The notes under the pieces: model-generated
The model's database searches: none
Told to the model about the DNA's origin: nothing
Seen by the model: the letters and a program-made list of their open reading frames with translations, nothing else
Translations under genes and position numbers: made by a program
Shown: positions 16,958 through 29,900 of the stretch, piece by piece
Numbering within the stretch: the stretch's first letter is position 1
Layout of the letters: each line of letters starts with the position of its first letter
From: a virus
Lineage: Duplodnaviria > Caudoviricetes
Strand: one strand, 5' to 3'
Length of the DNA stretch: 42,637 nucleotides
IMG/VR virus record: IMGVR_UViG_3300033076_000526
Span: 1-42,637 of that record

Positions 16958-17195
16958 ATGTTTTGAATGCAAAATAGAAAAGCCTCTTGAAAAGTTTGCT
17001 CCTAACAGAAGAAAGTATCAGATTAAATCTAACAAAGGCCGGTGTATTATATGCAAAAAGTGTGTATTACATAATGCAATTACTAAATTATATGTTGTTA
17101 GATATAATTTTGGTGAAAACAAATTTGAGATCATTAAGTTTAAAGATGCTAATGAAGCTGTAGAATTTATTAATAAAGAAGGAGGTGAGTATTGA
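16944..17195 (+). CDS. small zinc-finger-like protein
   Basis: METLKCFECKIEKPLEKF...GRCIICKKC; start revised from GTG 16854 to ATG 16944. Confidence 0.6.
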   Translation: METLKCFECKIEKPLEKFAPNRRKYQIKSNKGRCIICKKCVLHNAITKLYVVRYNFGENKFEIIKFKDANEAVEFINKEGGEY

Positions 17196-17533
17196 TACTC
17201 TATATGATTGAAAACAGACAAAACTTTTCATTTAAGATACTTAAACCAGAAGTTTTTCAGAGAGGTTGGGGTAATGGTTATGTTGCTGTGCCTCCAGCTC
17301 ATCCAGCATACAAAATGGATTATGATACTCTAATCTATCCATTAGATGTACATGGAGGACTTACATATTCTACTTTTGGAGATGGTGTAGATGCACCAAA
17401 AGATTGGTGGGTTTTTGGTTTTGATACTTGCCACTATGGTGATAATTTAACCAACTGGCCAAAAGAAGCTGTAGAAGCTGAAACAAAAAGATTATTTTTT
17501 CAATTACTTGAAATAGAATTAGAGGGGCTTTAG
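17192..17533 (+). CDS. hypothetical phage protein with a familiar conserved motif set
   Basis: WGNGYVAVP..HP, VHGGLTY, WVFGFDTCHYGD; start is TTG 17192 or ATG 17204. Confidence 0.75.
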   Translation: MILYMIENRQNFSFKILKPEVFQRGWGNGYVAVPPAHPAYKMDYDTLIYPLDVHGGLTYSTFGDGVDAPKDWWVFGFDTCHYGDNLTNWPKEAVEAETKRLFFQLLEIELEGL

Positions 17534-17547
17534 AGCCCCTTTTTTTT
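17523..17547 (+). terminator. terminator at the convergence of the two gene blocks
   Basis: AGGGGCT-TTAG-AGCCCCT followed by T7, between convergent stops at 17533 and 17548. Confidence 0.85.
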
Positions 17548-20500
17548 CTAGAAGAATGTTGACTCAAAGCCTTTAATTGCTTGATCAGGACTCATTGTAT
17601 ATCCTGAAATACCCATAAGCTTTAAGAAATAAGCCCAAGATTTATTGTCTCCCTTCTGCCATACACCAGTTCTTCTTTGGTATACAGCTTTTTCAGGATC
17701 CCATGATTGTACAAAGAATTGATCTATGAACTTAATCATTCTATCTATAGGAAGTGTTGCTGCAGTTGGTGACTTAAAGTTTCGGTATAAGTCTCTAAAT
17801 CCAAATACTGGCACATACTGAGATGTTTCACTCCTCATCCTGATTGCTTCATATAGTACAAAATTATATGCCCAGTTCTTTTTGAGCTCATCATCATCAT
17901 CATCAATCATAGCTCTAAGTACCATTACTAGTGCTACAAGACCTATAATAAATGATGCCTCAGCCATTGTCCTTCTCACTTGTGCTTTTTCAAAGTCTGA
18001 TAATTCTCCCCATTTTTTAATTAAGCTCAGTTTAAAGGTAGCAAGGTTCTTTAAATAGAGGTTCCAGAACGTCTTATAGTAACCCTCTGTTTGTGCTCCT
18101 AGTTCTTCATCAAAGCCTAAGTTCTTGAACCTTCTCTTATATGCTGGAATCAAATACTTTCTGTACATGAAAGCAAGTTTTCCTAAGTTGTACTTTTGTG
18201 CTACTGATTTATCAAAACTATTATAGATACCATGCAGTCTTTTATTTAGAGCATGTAATCTATTCATTACATTTTGTCTTTCCTGGTCTGTAAAGTCTGT
18301 CTTATTATATATTTCTTCAGTACCATATTTTTGATATGCATCTAATAGTGAAATTTCATCACCAGATTCATTATCTTTTACTTTAGTAGCATCAAGAAGA
18401 GCAAACAAGGAAGATACTTGAATTTCATGTTCACCAAAATGTTGGTTAAAGAACAGTGTATCAGTTCTAAATAGTTTATTAGCAATACTTGCTGTAACAA
18501 GTTTTCCATAATTATCCATATATTCTCCTTGTATTGGATCATATAGGTCAAATAGTTTACCACCTAGACTTTCAGAAGTAAACTTACCAAAGTCAGATAA
18601 GAAACCGGGTACAGACTTAGCATAGAATGATTTACCTTTTGTTAAATTCTTTATGTTAAAGAACTCAGAAGATGCTGCTTCAATTATAACTTGTATATTA
18701 CCTTGTAAATTATTTGCAACACCCTTAAGTAAGTCACCTGCAAGCGTAGTTACAGCAGATACACCTAACAATGTATTAGTTAATTTAGATGCTGAGAGAC
18801 CAAGTATGGTACCTCTATCTTCCATTTCTCCATAAACTATCATGTCTATGAAGTCATTTATCCTCTTTGCAGAGAATGACTCACCATTTTTATTTAGATA
18901 TCTCTCTAACCCCATCTTTTTTGCTAGAGGATTTAATAGTGGTTCACCTTTAGAATTAGTTTCTGCTACCTCACGCTCACCTATGATCTTTCTATATAAT
19001 ACAATCTCTGAATGAATGTCATTGAGTGCTTTGAAGTTGTTTACCATACCACTAAACATGAGTACAGATCTCATTAAGTTTAAGCTTACATCTTCAGGTT
19101 TTATTGCCCATGTATAATATACAGGAATAAATTTCTCTTTTGTACCTTGTATAGAAGCCATATCACCAAACTGAGTGTCCCCCTCTGTAAACTGAAACTT
19201 CTCTTGGACTATTTTTTTAGTAGCTGTACCTGCATTTTCTAGGAGTCTCTCACCATTTGTTTTAAATACTGCTGGTAATAATAGTCCTGGTTTCTGTCCT
19301 TCTGGTAATCCTTCTTGTTTGTTTAAGTATGTATCTGTAAGCCATTTATGATACTTACCCTTAGCATTCTTTGGTTTACCACTCTCATCATAGAGTTCTA
19401 ACCAAGCAGGGTTCAAGAACTTATTACTAGGTTCTGTTAGCTCACCCATATAAACAGTTTTATTTGATATGGGATCAACATACATTACACTAGCTTGCCA
19501 CTGATCATACTCTTCTTGAGTTATGATTCTAGAATTAAGTTCTCTTTGCTTTGTATTGAGTATCTGCTGTATCTCAGTAGCACTCTTTGGTTGGTTGTTC
19601 TCTCTGAACCAATCTTGTCTTGCTTTTTGACGTTTCTTATAAGCCTCAACTTCATAACTAGTTGGTCTATCAGAAAGTTCAATTCTTTCCGGTAAGTTAT
19701 TTCTTTCAGCAAAGTACTTAGACATATCATATTTTTGAACAAAAGATACTCTATCTTCATATATGATACCATCTTTATTTCTCATCACTCTACCATTAAT
19801 ATCTCTCTTTGGTACTCTGATAGTTTCATAAAGACCTTTGTTAAACTCAGCTGGATTATCTCTATTAGCACCTACTGACTTAGCATATTCTTCAAATACC
19901 TGAGCAGCTTCTTGTTCTAATTGCAAGCTTGCAATTCTTGCTCCATCCATCTCAGTCTTTATTGCTTTACCAAATATAGATAAGACAGGATCAATATTAC
20001 TTACTAGTGCACCAGTTAAATATTCAAATGCACTCATATCTGAAGATATTTCACGTAAGTATTTTACAAGAGAATCTTTAGTTACATTGAATGCTTGAAC
20101 TTTAGCTAATCTATCATTAAGTCTTTTAAGCTCATCTGTTTTTACTTTATCAGATATTCTAGTATTATTAGTTACTCTTTCAATATCTTTTTTAATCACA
20201 TCAATTTCTTCAGCTAGATTTTCTCTTGCTTGGGACTTATACTCCATTAAGAAATCTGCCATTAGCGGAATTCCATACTGTGTAATCTGTTGTTTGATTT
20301 GTTCCTTTACACTAATTGCATAAGTAAGTTTTTCCTGAGGTGATTTAACTCCGTCTTTTTCCTGTTGTTCTGGGGATTTTGTACTTGAAAAATGTTCAAA
20401 TATATCTTTCTTAGATATTTCATCAAGAAGATCATATCTATTAGCAAAGTCATAAAACTGTATAAGCTCATCAATAGCAGCTTTTCTGTTCTGTTGACCA

Positions 20501-20916
20501 ATTGAGCTAGTAAATTCTCTGAATTTCTTTTCAGCTACTTTTGCTTTTTCAAATGCATCATCAACAAAGAGTACAATAGATTCTACACCCTTGACATCTT
20601 CAATCATTTTAGCCAATCTCTTGATCTCATTCTTAGTTCTCTCATAGTTTTTAACTTTCTTTCTCTGAAGAACAGCAAGTTTTGTTTGGAGATTGAGAAT
20701 GACATCATTTACTAATTGTTCTATAGGAGTTGTTTTAACATCCTCTTTAGTTATTTTTTCACTCTCTTCAGCTTCAGGATAATAGTTGAGATCATCACGG
20801 TCACCAAAACCTTCTCTATACCATTCTTGTTCAGCAAGAACCTCATTGCCATTATGTTTAGCAACAAGGTCTTTCCATTCCTGACTATTTTTATTTATGC
20901 ATTTCTTGATTGACAT
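17548..20916 (-). CDS. large putative virion cargo/ejection protein, 1122 aa
   Basis: Helical, directly downstream of the virion RNAP; hydrophobic segment ASFIIGLVALVMVLRAMI followed by DDDDDE. Role inferred from crAss-like synteny. Confidence 0.7.
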   Translation of the reverse strand: MSIKKCINKNSQEWKDLVAKHNGNEVLAEQEWYREGFGDRDDLNYYPEAEESEKITKEDVKTTPIEQLVNDVILNLQTKLAVLQRKKVKNYERTKNEIKRLAKMIEDVKGVESIVLFVDDAFEKAKVAEKKFREFTSSIGQQNRKAAIDELIQFYDFANRYDLLDEISKKDIFEHFSSTKSPEQQEKDGVKSPQEKLTYAISVKEQIKQQITQYGIPLMADFLMEYKSQARENLAEEIDVIKKDIERVTNNTRISDKVKTDELKRLNDRLAKVQAFNVTKDSLVKYLREISSDMSAFEYLTGALVSNIDPVLSIFGKAIKTEMDGARIASLQLEQEAAQVFEEYAKSVGANRDNPAEFNKGLYETIRVPKRDINGRVMRNKDGIIYEDRVSFVQKYDMSKYFAERNNLPERIELSDRPTSYEVEAYKKRQKARQDWFRENNQPKSATEIQQILNTKQRELNSRIITQEEYDQWQASVMYVDPISNKTVYMGELTEPSNKFLNPAWLELYDESGKPKNAKGKYHKWLTDTYLNKQEGLPEGQKPGLLLPAVFKTNGERLLENAGTATKKIVQEKFQFTEGDTQFGDMASIQGTKEKFIPVYYTWAIKPEDVSLNLMRSVLMFSGMVNNFKALNDIHSEIVLYRKIIGEREVAETNSKGEPLLNPLAKKMGLERYLNKNGESFSAKRINDFIDMIVYGEMEDRGTILGLSASKLTNTLLGVSAVTTLAGDLLKGVANNLQGNIQVIIEAASSEFFNIKNLTKGKSFYAKSVPGFLSDFGKFTSESLGGKLFDLYDPIQGEYMDNYGKLVTASIANKLFRTDTLFFNQHFGEHEIQVSSLFALLDATKVKDNESGDEISLLDAYQKYGTEEIYNKTDFTDQERQNVMNRLHALNKRLHGIYNSFDKSVAQKYNLGKLAFMYRKYLIPAYKRRFKNLGFDEELGAQTEGYYKTFWNLYLKNLATFKLSLIKKWGELSDFEKAQVRRTMAEASFIIGLVALVMVLRAMIDDDDDELKKNWAYNFVLYEAIRMRSETSQYVPVFGFRDLYRNFKSPTAATLPIDRMIKFIDQFFVQSWDPEKAVYQRRTGVWQKGDNKSWAYFLKLMGISGYTMSPDQAIKGFESTFF

Positions 20917-23900
20917 CTAGCAAGTGTATTTTCTGATTATTTCTTCAATTTTTTCAATCTGATCCATTGTTGTAGCACTATTGATATCTTCCATTAACTG
21001 GTAAATACTATAGCCATCTTCTGCCATTCTGAGATCAAGATCCATGAATATAATCATGTCATTGATATCTTTGATAGCTTGATCTTTTCTCTCTTTTGTA
21101 GCAGACATTACCACCTCAAAAACACTTTGAATTTTTCCTGTCTTAAGGTCCATGTTTCTAAGATACATAGTTTTTCCATCAGGGCTAACAAGATCATACA
21201 GATTGTTTTCATTAAGTATGTATCTTCTACCATTAGAAGTATTAAACTCTTTTGGATACTTGTTATTATTTTCTGCTAAGTAAGTGTTAAACTCTGTAAC
21301 TTCCGGGTTTGATTCAGATGATATAGAACCTGTTACAGGGGCATCTGGAGCAACTTCCCTTATAGCAGTAACATCACTCACTGGTTGTACCTGGTAAACA
21401 AACCTTGATCTCTTACCCTGAATAAGAGATTGTGATAGAATTGATCTCTTTTTAAAATCAGCAGCATCTTTATAACCTTCAGCTTTAGCAAATTGATCTA
21501 AAGTTCTAGTAGTAACTAATCCTGTTGATTCATTAGTAATTGTTACTATGTCTGTCTTAGGATCTACTGTTGCCTCACCTAGATAAGTTAGTTTTACTGT
21601 ATTCCCTTGTGGTGTAATGTAGTTACCATTTTCAAACCTAGAGGTACCACTGATAATGACTTTTGTTCCTTTGAGGATTCCTTCAATACTCTCTTGCATC
21701 ATTGGAATGGATGGTAGAGTTGGTTCGGGTTTACTAGTAAGATCTTCAATAGGCTGTTCTACTTCTGTTTCTTCTATTTGTTCTACTTCTTCAACTTCGG
21801 TAGGAGCTGGGAGTTCTGTAGCAACAATAGTTTCTTCAGGGTCTACTGTATCTATAGCAGTAGATGTTTCAACTAGATCAGGATTACTGAATATAGTAGG
21901 TGATAACAAGAAGTTCTTGAAAAGATTTTTTTGTTTTGTTTCAGTTTCTAGTTTATCATATATTACATCCAGGTATGTTTTATTCCAGTAATTGACTTTA
22001 AATAGGTTGCCTGCATTTTCAGTAGCAATTCTAATTTTGTCTTGTGGTAGTACTTGTTCTAAACCAAATGATGTAATACCATGACCATGTTGATATACTG
22101 CAACAAGCGGTAACATGTTGAATATTCTACTGATCTTTAAGTTACCCTCTCCTCTTACCTTTTCAATTCTTAAATTACCAAGAGCTCTAATATTTGAAGC
22201 ATATTGGTCTTTGCTAGCACCATCTAGTACATCTCTATCATTTAGAGTAATGAGGTAAGTATTATTTTTAGATGCTCTTCCTGATAATTGTTCTAATACA
22301 GGAAACTCATTTTTCAATCCGGGATATTCATCAATAATATCTAAAACCATTTTAGTAAATGAATACTCAGTATTCTTAGTAAGAGCTGTAGGATTAAATA
22401 CATTCATCAGAGCAACTTGATTGAGTTCTAAGTCTTTTAGACCTTGTACTTGTAAGTACGCTCTTTCTAGTACATACTTGATATATTGTTCTTCTGTAGT
22501 AAATGGATCTTCAGTATTATTAAATGGTTTTAGACCATCTCTATTCTTATAAGATACACCTGATTCAGATGATACAAGATACACTTTGTCTGCAAAGTCT
22601 CTCTTAATATTATCTAGATTAATTGTGATACCTTCCGGGGTATACACAGCATCATCATTTAGAGATTTAGAATTAGTTACTTTTACTCCACGGTATGTTT
22701 TTGCATCTGTGATGATATTGCCTTTAGGATCTACAGAGTTTGTAAGATAGTTCTGGAATATGAATGTAACAATTGCATCTTTATATGAATCTACAAATTT
22801 TACAACACCATCAGTCCCAGGTCCAAATGTTTCTGCAATATTTCTATTAGCAATGATATCTTTGATAGCTTCATTAGTTATTGGATTATTAACTAAGTCC
22901 ATCATTGGAGCTGCAATGTCTGTGATGATACTCTTGTCAAAGAGTGAACTTACAATACTCTCAGTAAGAACTCTGTCCTTAAATTCTTTGTCAAGTTTAC
23001 TGTTCTCATCTAAAGCATCAATATCTACATCTCTTAAATAGATTTCTTGGAAATTTCTAAAAGTAGTAGTATCTGGTTTAGCTCTTCTTTTCAGTGCAGA
23101 TAAACCCATTAATTGTTTTTGGATCTCATAGAAGTGCATAAACATTGCCATCTCAGCAATTACTTCTTGATTGCTAAGAGTATTTACATCTTTCTTACTT
23201 ATGATGTCTTTCATCATTTTAGTACCAAAAGAACCATCAACTCTCTCTGCTTTGCTTGAAGCAAATGTTGCAGAGTTCATAAAGGTTTTATTTCTCAGAT
23301 CCGGTGCAAAATAGATGTCAATTTGTTTTGGTCCTCTTGTTTGATATACACGCATAATTTCAAGAGGGTTGATGTTACCCTTTTGTATTTCAAGTGCAAG
23401 CTGTCTTTTGTTATAATTGGTTACAAGAGGTTTTGCTCTTTCTGGGTACTTTATAGATCTGAATTCAACATTAAATGTCTGATCAGGTCTCACTGAATCC
23501 ATAATAGCTGCAAGATACTTTGATGTATATTTCTCAACTACATTTTTAGCTGATTGATATTTAGTGTATGATGGTTGCTTAGGTGCTACACCTAAAATAG
23601 AACCATAATCACTACCAAGCAGTCTCTGTTGTTCTGCATACTCACGGATCATTGGTTGTGATACAAAGTATACAGCATCTCTTACAGGTACACCAGCTTT
23701 AATTAAGTATAAGAATGTTGGAGCAATTTCATAATTACCCTGGATATAGAATATCCATTCATCCTTTTCAACATCCACCCAACCATTCATACCTTGTGAG
23801 TAAACATCAGAAATTCTATCTACTCCATCAGCACTATATACATCAGATAGTGAAATGTTATCTCCAACCTTATTGTGTGGCAGTAACAATCTCATTTGAT

Positions 23901-26900
23901 ACGTTTCAGGATTTTTTGTGTCCTTTACATATCTACCATTTACATATACTGTTGAGTCATAAGTTGTTGGTAATTTACCACCAGCTGCATCAAACAATGG
24001 ACTCAGAGCATTCTCACTAGCGGCAATACCAAGTACTGCTTTACCAACTAGGTTTTCTTCATGCTTAGATAAGTTATACAATGGCTCTAGAGTAGTAGTA
24101 GGACTAATCATCTTTTTACTACCCTTCATATTTACTTCACCATTTTGTTTGGTAAACTTATCATAAGTACTTACATCATCCTGTAATTCATCAGCAAGAT
24201 CCTTTAAGATATAAGTATCATTTGGTCTAATTAAGTTAGCATAGTTCTCAGGCATTTCAAGAATAGATCTGATACTATCAATAAACTCATTTTGTACTGC
24301 TTTCTTTTGCAACTGGATTGCTTTTTCTTTAGATCCTTTGATCTTAGAAACAGTTTCAAAGAATTTATCATTAGCAGTCTTACTTGTTACATAGTTACCC
24401 TCTTTATCAATATTAGGAAAGAATGTAGTAAGTTTATCAACGTCATAGTCACCACCAGATTTTGCAACAATTTCTGTTGGTAACATAATTAAGTTACCTG
24501 CGGCTGGATCTAAAAACTCATAGACTTCCATAAACTCCATAGAGTTGTGACCCTGTACAGGAATACGTACAGCAGCTAGAGTAACTTTTTTTCTATTGTC
24601 ATCAGTGTTTAACCAGTCTTCATTCTTGAGCATCTCATTCAGTCTTTCTCTAGTCTGAATAGGCTTACCATCTGTGTCTTTTAGATTCAATAAGTTATTA
24701 AAGTCACCTTGTAGAGCGATAGCAACTTTCATAGCAGTAGTCTTACCACCAGTTGTTGAATAAAAAGGAAGGTTATTACTTCCCATAAATTGCTTTCTCT
24801 CAGCATCAGTAGGTTTCTTAAACTCTTGTACTCCTGTTAGAAGACCGTCACTGAGTGATCCAGCAACTTGTACTAGGGGTTCACCCTTCACATACTGTCT
24901 AACAAATCTTTTTTCTACAATAGATAGAATAGTCTTCTCAATAGTTTTTCTATCAATAAAGTATGATAGGTCACCATTCAGTGTTCCATCTTTGTTAGTC
25001 TTAAGTTGTCTAAGAAGATGGCTTGGATAGTCCTTGAGTTCAAGGTTATCCTGGATTAATTTTAAGAACTTATCAGGTTTTCCAATCAAGTTCTTACCAT
25101 CCTTATTGTAACCAATCTCTTCTAAGAGCTCATACTTAAGTAATTCAGTGTAGAAGTCTACTGTACTCTCATATTTATTTACAATAGGTGCATTCTTTGG
25201 ATCAATAAGTTGACCATGTTGGTATAATCCACTAAGTATAAGCTTTCTTAACTGAGTAGAGAATACAACCTCACCTTTGTACTTACTGTTTACAGAAGCA
25301 GCTTCTTTTAAGAATCCTGCATTAATTGAGTTTATAGTAAATTTAATATCTGTTTTTAGAACTCTTTGATCTTTATCTTCAAAGATTTGATCTGCTTTAC
25401 CATCAGAGGTTACCGCACCAACTTTAGAACCGGATTCAAATGTAGCATAGTATACATTCTTTTCCATCATTTGTCTATGAAGGTTCTCAAGTTGACTTCC
25501 TTTAATCATACTAGGGATTAATGGCATGAGTGCAAACTTATGCATTGCAGTTACAGGAAGTACTGTCCCCTCAACAAAACCAAAATTTTGGAGTTTGTAT
25601 ACAGGAAACATTTCAATAATATCTGATGTTGTAATAGTATCTCCTTTTACAATCTTTTGATATAGATTCTCTTGAGCTTCAGACCATTTGTTCTGAAGTT
25701 TCTTTAGCATTCTATATGCATCAAAAGTAATATAACCCTGGCCGTCTGCTTCTTTAATTTCTTTCTTGGTATACTTCTCTACTTCCTTATCAACTCTTTC
25801 CTTTATGAGTTGTTCTTTATTTGGGATATTACGGTTCTTATATCTCTTTTCATAGTCAGCAGTAAGTCCTTTACGTATTTCATCTATATAAATACTCTCT
25901 CTTGTAATCTCCTGCATGATTGCAGTATTTACATAACCCTCATACGCAATAGTATTAATACCTAAACTCTTTGCATAAGAAGTTTCAGCAAGAATTTTAG
26001 TAAAGTTTTGAGCTGCAATATCAGTTCTGATTCTTGGACCATTTGAAATTAATCCAGAGATTCTCTTATGCAACTCTTGTTTAGCATGATTATACTGTGC
26101 AATATCTCCAAGGAATAGAATACTAGTTTCAACATTATGAATCCAGTAGTTATAGAAATATGCTTTAGTAAGTATTTGTTCTTTTTGTACTGTTGTTAGG
26201 TTCTCTAAATTTAACCTATCCATTAGAGCACTATCTATAAACTTACCACTATCTAGCTTTTTATAGAGCTCATTTGTTTTATTAGTAAAATAACCTTTGA
26301 TCTGAGCCTTAATCTTTTTTGCTAGCTCTTCATCTGTTTTTAAGTACTCTGATAATTTAGTACCTGGATTAGTAACTTTTTCTAGGATTTCATTTTGAAG
26401 ATCCTTAGTTAGTATTCCATCAAAGAAGTTAAATGATTCTCCAGAAGCTTTTCCATCTGCAGTTGGAGTATTATATCCAATGTATTTTTTTGCTTCAGGA
26501 TCTGTCTTATAGATATTAATTCTCTTTACTTCAGCACTTAGATAAGGTAGTATTAGATTTTGTATGACATCATTTTCATTTGCAGTATTTGGTAACAAGT
26601 CATCAATATCAACATATAGATGTGAATCTTTTTTAGCAACAGCTCCTGTAACTATACCACCATTAACTCTCCATCCAAATGATGAAGATTTAGAACCTGG
26701 GCGCATGAGCTCAACTCTACCAGATTTTAAGAATGTATGGAACTCTTGTAATAGTTTACCTCTATAGTCTAGTGATGTTGTATTTGATCCTGTAGTTAAT
26801 GCATCTTCTGATACAGTTTGTGTACCAGCAACAATTTCAACAGAGATTGATCTTCCTTGTCTTTGTTGTCCTTCAGGAAGGAACATAGATTTTAGTGCAA

Positions 26901-29900
26901 GAGATACTTCAGCAAATGGATTTATTTTAGGGTCCAAATGTCTTGTAGTCTTACCAAATTTGTACATGTCAGTTCTCATTTTAGATGTATTGATTCCATC
27001 TGCAATAACTGTCAATGTACTATCATTTACGTGCTCATTTACTCTATTCTTCTCTGGGTTTTGAACTGAGAATGTTGAAGATGCTGCACCAAATTTATTT
27101 TGTAGTTCAACAATTCTATCAATTTGAGTTTGTTTTGAACCTCTTGTAAATAAGAAACTATTTCTTAAACCTACTATACCCGGTTCAACACCTCTCTTTA
27201 ATGTAGTAATTGGCTTAGAAATAAAATCATTTAAGAACCTTCTTGCTTCATTAGTCATTGATCCAGCAGCTTCTGCTTCATATAGATCTTTTACTGTCTT
27301 GAAGATATAGTCTATTCCAAATATTTCTTTATTTGTAGGACTAGATAGAGCAGTTTTAATTTTACCAATGTCATCAAGACTGAACCCAATAGCATTTAAG
27401 AATTCAAATTCTTTTCCTGATATAAAGTTACCAGCTTTATCACTGAATGCATTTACAACAGCCCCAAGCTTTAACACAGTTCTGTTGTTTTCATCTCTGC
27501 GTGTAAAGTAACTGTCTAATCTTGATGCAAAGTTGTTTTCAAACTTTCTGATTGTGTTACCAATATCTGTTGCAGCATTAGTTACTTCAACACCTGTAAC
27601 ATTATTACCATCCTTAAATACAGTTAACTGCATATAAGGAACTCTTGGTAAACTAAATACTGACCAGAAGGATGTTGTAATATCAAATGCTCTGCTTACA
27701 TTTCCTGTATATCCTTCAGCACCAACAAGTTGTGGATTAGGCAATCTACTCTCTACTAGTTGTTGTAGTTCTGGATAAGTAGCAACAGCATTTACAATAC
27801 TCTTGTACATCTCTTGTGGATCTTTTGTACTATTAGTGGCTCTTACTACAGCATTCCATACTTTCTTATAGTTTGCAAGTTTTCTATATCCAAGTTTATT
27901 ATACTGATATACCGGTCTGCCACTATTATCTCTAGCTACTGCAAACAAACTCTTAAGAATATATACTACTTCTTTATCTGCAATGTCTAGTAGATTTACA
28001 TCATATGTCTTATCAAATGTCTGTGCTTTAGTTGGATCTGTCTGAGCTTCATCAGTAGGATCATCTTCTTGCATCTTAACAGTGATCTTTTTAGTCATGA
28101 TGTTAAATGCAGAATTCTTAGTAAAATACTTAATTGTATTTTCCCAGTTGTTAACCATTGATTGAAGAATTCTTAGATTGTCTAAGAGTTGTCCTTGATC
28201 ATAATTAACTTCAAATGCATTTATAGTTCTATCTGGGAATAGTTCAATATTTGTATATGATCTTGATTCTTTATCTAATTTCTCTTGTGCTTTAGCATAA
28301 GCATCAAATTGAGCTTGAGCTTCTTCAATAGTATTTACTATAATTACTCCGGCACCTCTATCATTAGCTCCCTTAATTTTATTGTGATTAAAGTAGTCCC
28401 CTATAACTTCAACAACACCACCAAATAGTTCACCTTTAATTCTCTCACCACCTTTTGTGTTTAGATCTAAATTGTTAAAGTCTTCAACTTGACCTCTAAG
28501 GAAAACATATTTGTCATCACCCTTTGTAGTTCTAAGAATAGCAATTGCATTATCCTCAAGATCTTGAAGGGCTTCAAAAGAGTTAAAAGGTTTAGCTGGC
28601 TTTACTTCAAGTTTAGCTTGTATATCTTTAATCTGTTTTTCAAATCTTTGTTTAGCAAAGTTGAAGAACTTAGCTTTATTCTCTTCATTTGTAATAATAG
28701 ATACACTAGCATCTAATGCACCCTTACTCTTAAATGTAGCATCTGTTACTTCAGCTAAGAGAGAATCAATTGATTCAATAGCAATTGCAGAATCATAGTC
28801 TGTTAGTGCATCTTCATCTTTATTACTTGACAACTGAATACCACGGTTGAGATCATCAAGTAAAACATTATCTATTAACGGTGAATAGTTATTGAGCAAT
28901 GCCGGGTTCTTAGATGCAAAATATAAATTCTGGAAGAGCTCTCCAGCAACACCTTCTGTTGCAAGTTCTTCATTCCTAATTAAATCTGCTGTAGATGGAT
29001 TAATCTTGAATAACTTCTTGAGGAAGTTCAATATTTTTCTAAATAGTGAATTTCTCTTTGGTTGTCCCTTAATTATTTTTGGATTAAGAGCATAAGATCT
29101 AAAATCTTCTGCTAGCATTTCTTCAACTTCTCTTGAAGATAATTTAGCATATTCAGGTTTTAGTTTTCTTACTTCATCATATAAAGCTTTCTTCTCTTCT
29201 TTTGTTAAGAACAACTGAGAGAAAACGTGCCATGCCTCATGGTATGCATCTACCATAGTGCCACCGGTAGTTGGATTAATTATGATAGCACCCATCTTAC
29301 CATCAAGATCAAGGTTTTTATCTGTAATTAATCTTGCACCAGCTGCTACAAACTTAGCATATACATCAGAATTTACAATGTTAGCAGCTTGTATGAGTTT
29401 AATATATTGAGATAGTGGTGAACTACTCCACCAATTGATTGCTTTTTCTACTTGTGCAGCAGTAACTCCGTTTGGTAGTTTAGTAGATCTATCTAATTCA
29501 AAACTGTTAATTAGATCACTAATATCAGAAGCATCTTCAGGTTGTACAGTATTTTGAGGATTTGTAAGATTTACATCACCTATTGCAGCTTGCTCTTCAG
29601 TTACAGTATTTGAAAATGGCTTAACTTCTTCAAGATTTTCTCTTTGTACTTCTTTTGCTGCAGTTACAGTTTGAACTGGAATTGGTTCTCTACCAGGTTC
29701 ATTAGCTTTGAAATCTGTTTCACCAAGAGAACCCATATCAAGAATACCACTCTTTTGAGATTCTACACGAGCCTTTACAACATCTTTATATAAGAAACCA
29801 TTATCAATGACATCTTCAACTGTTAGATAATAAGTATCACCTACATTCACTCTAGCTGGTGAGCCATAAAATCTATGTGTTCCCTCTTGACCTTCTATAG

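Noticed and set aside
17886-17910. (TCA)n microsatellite
   Set aside because: Simply encodes the DDDDDE run of the 1122-aa protein.
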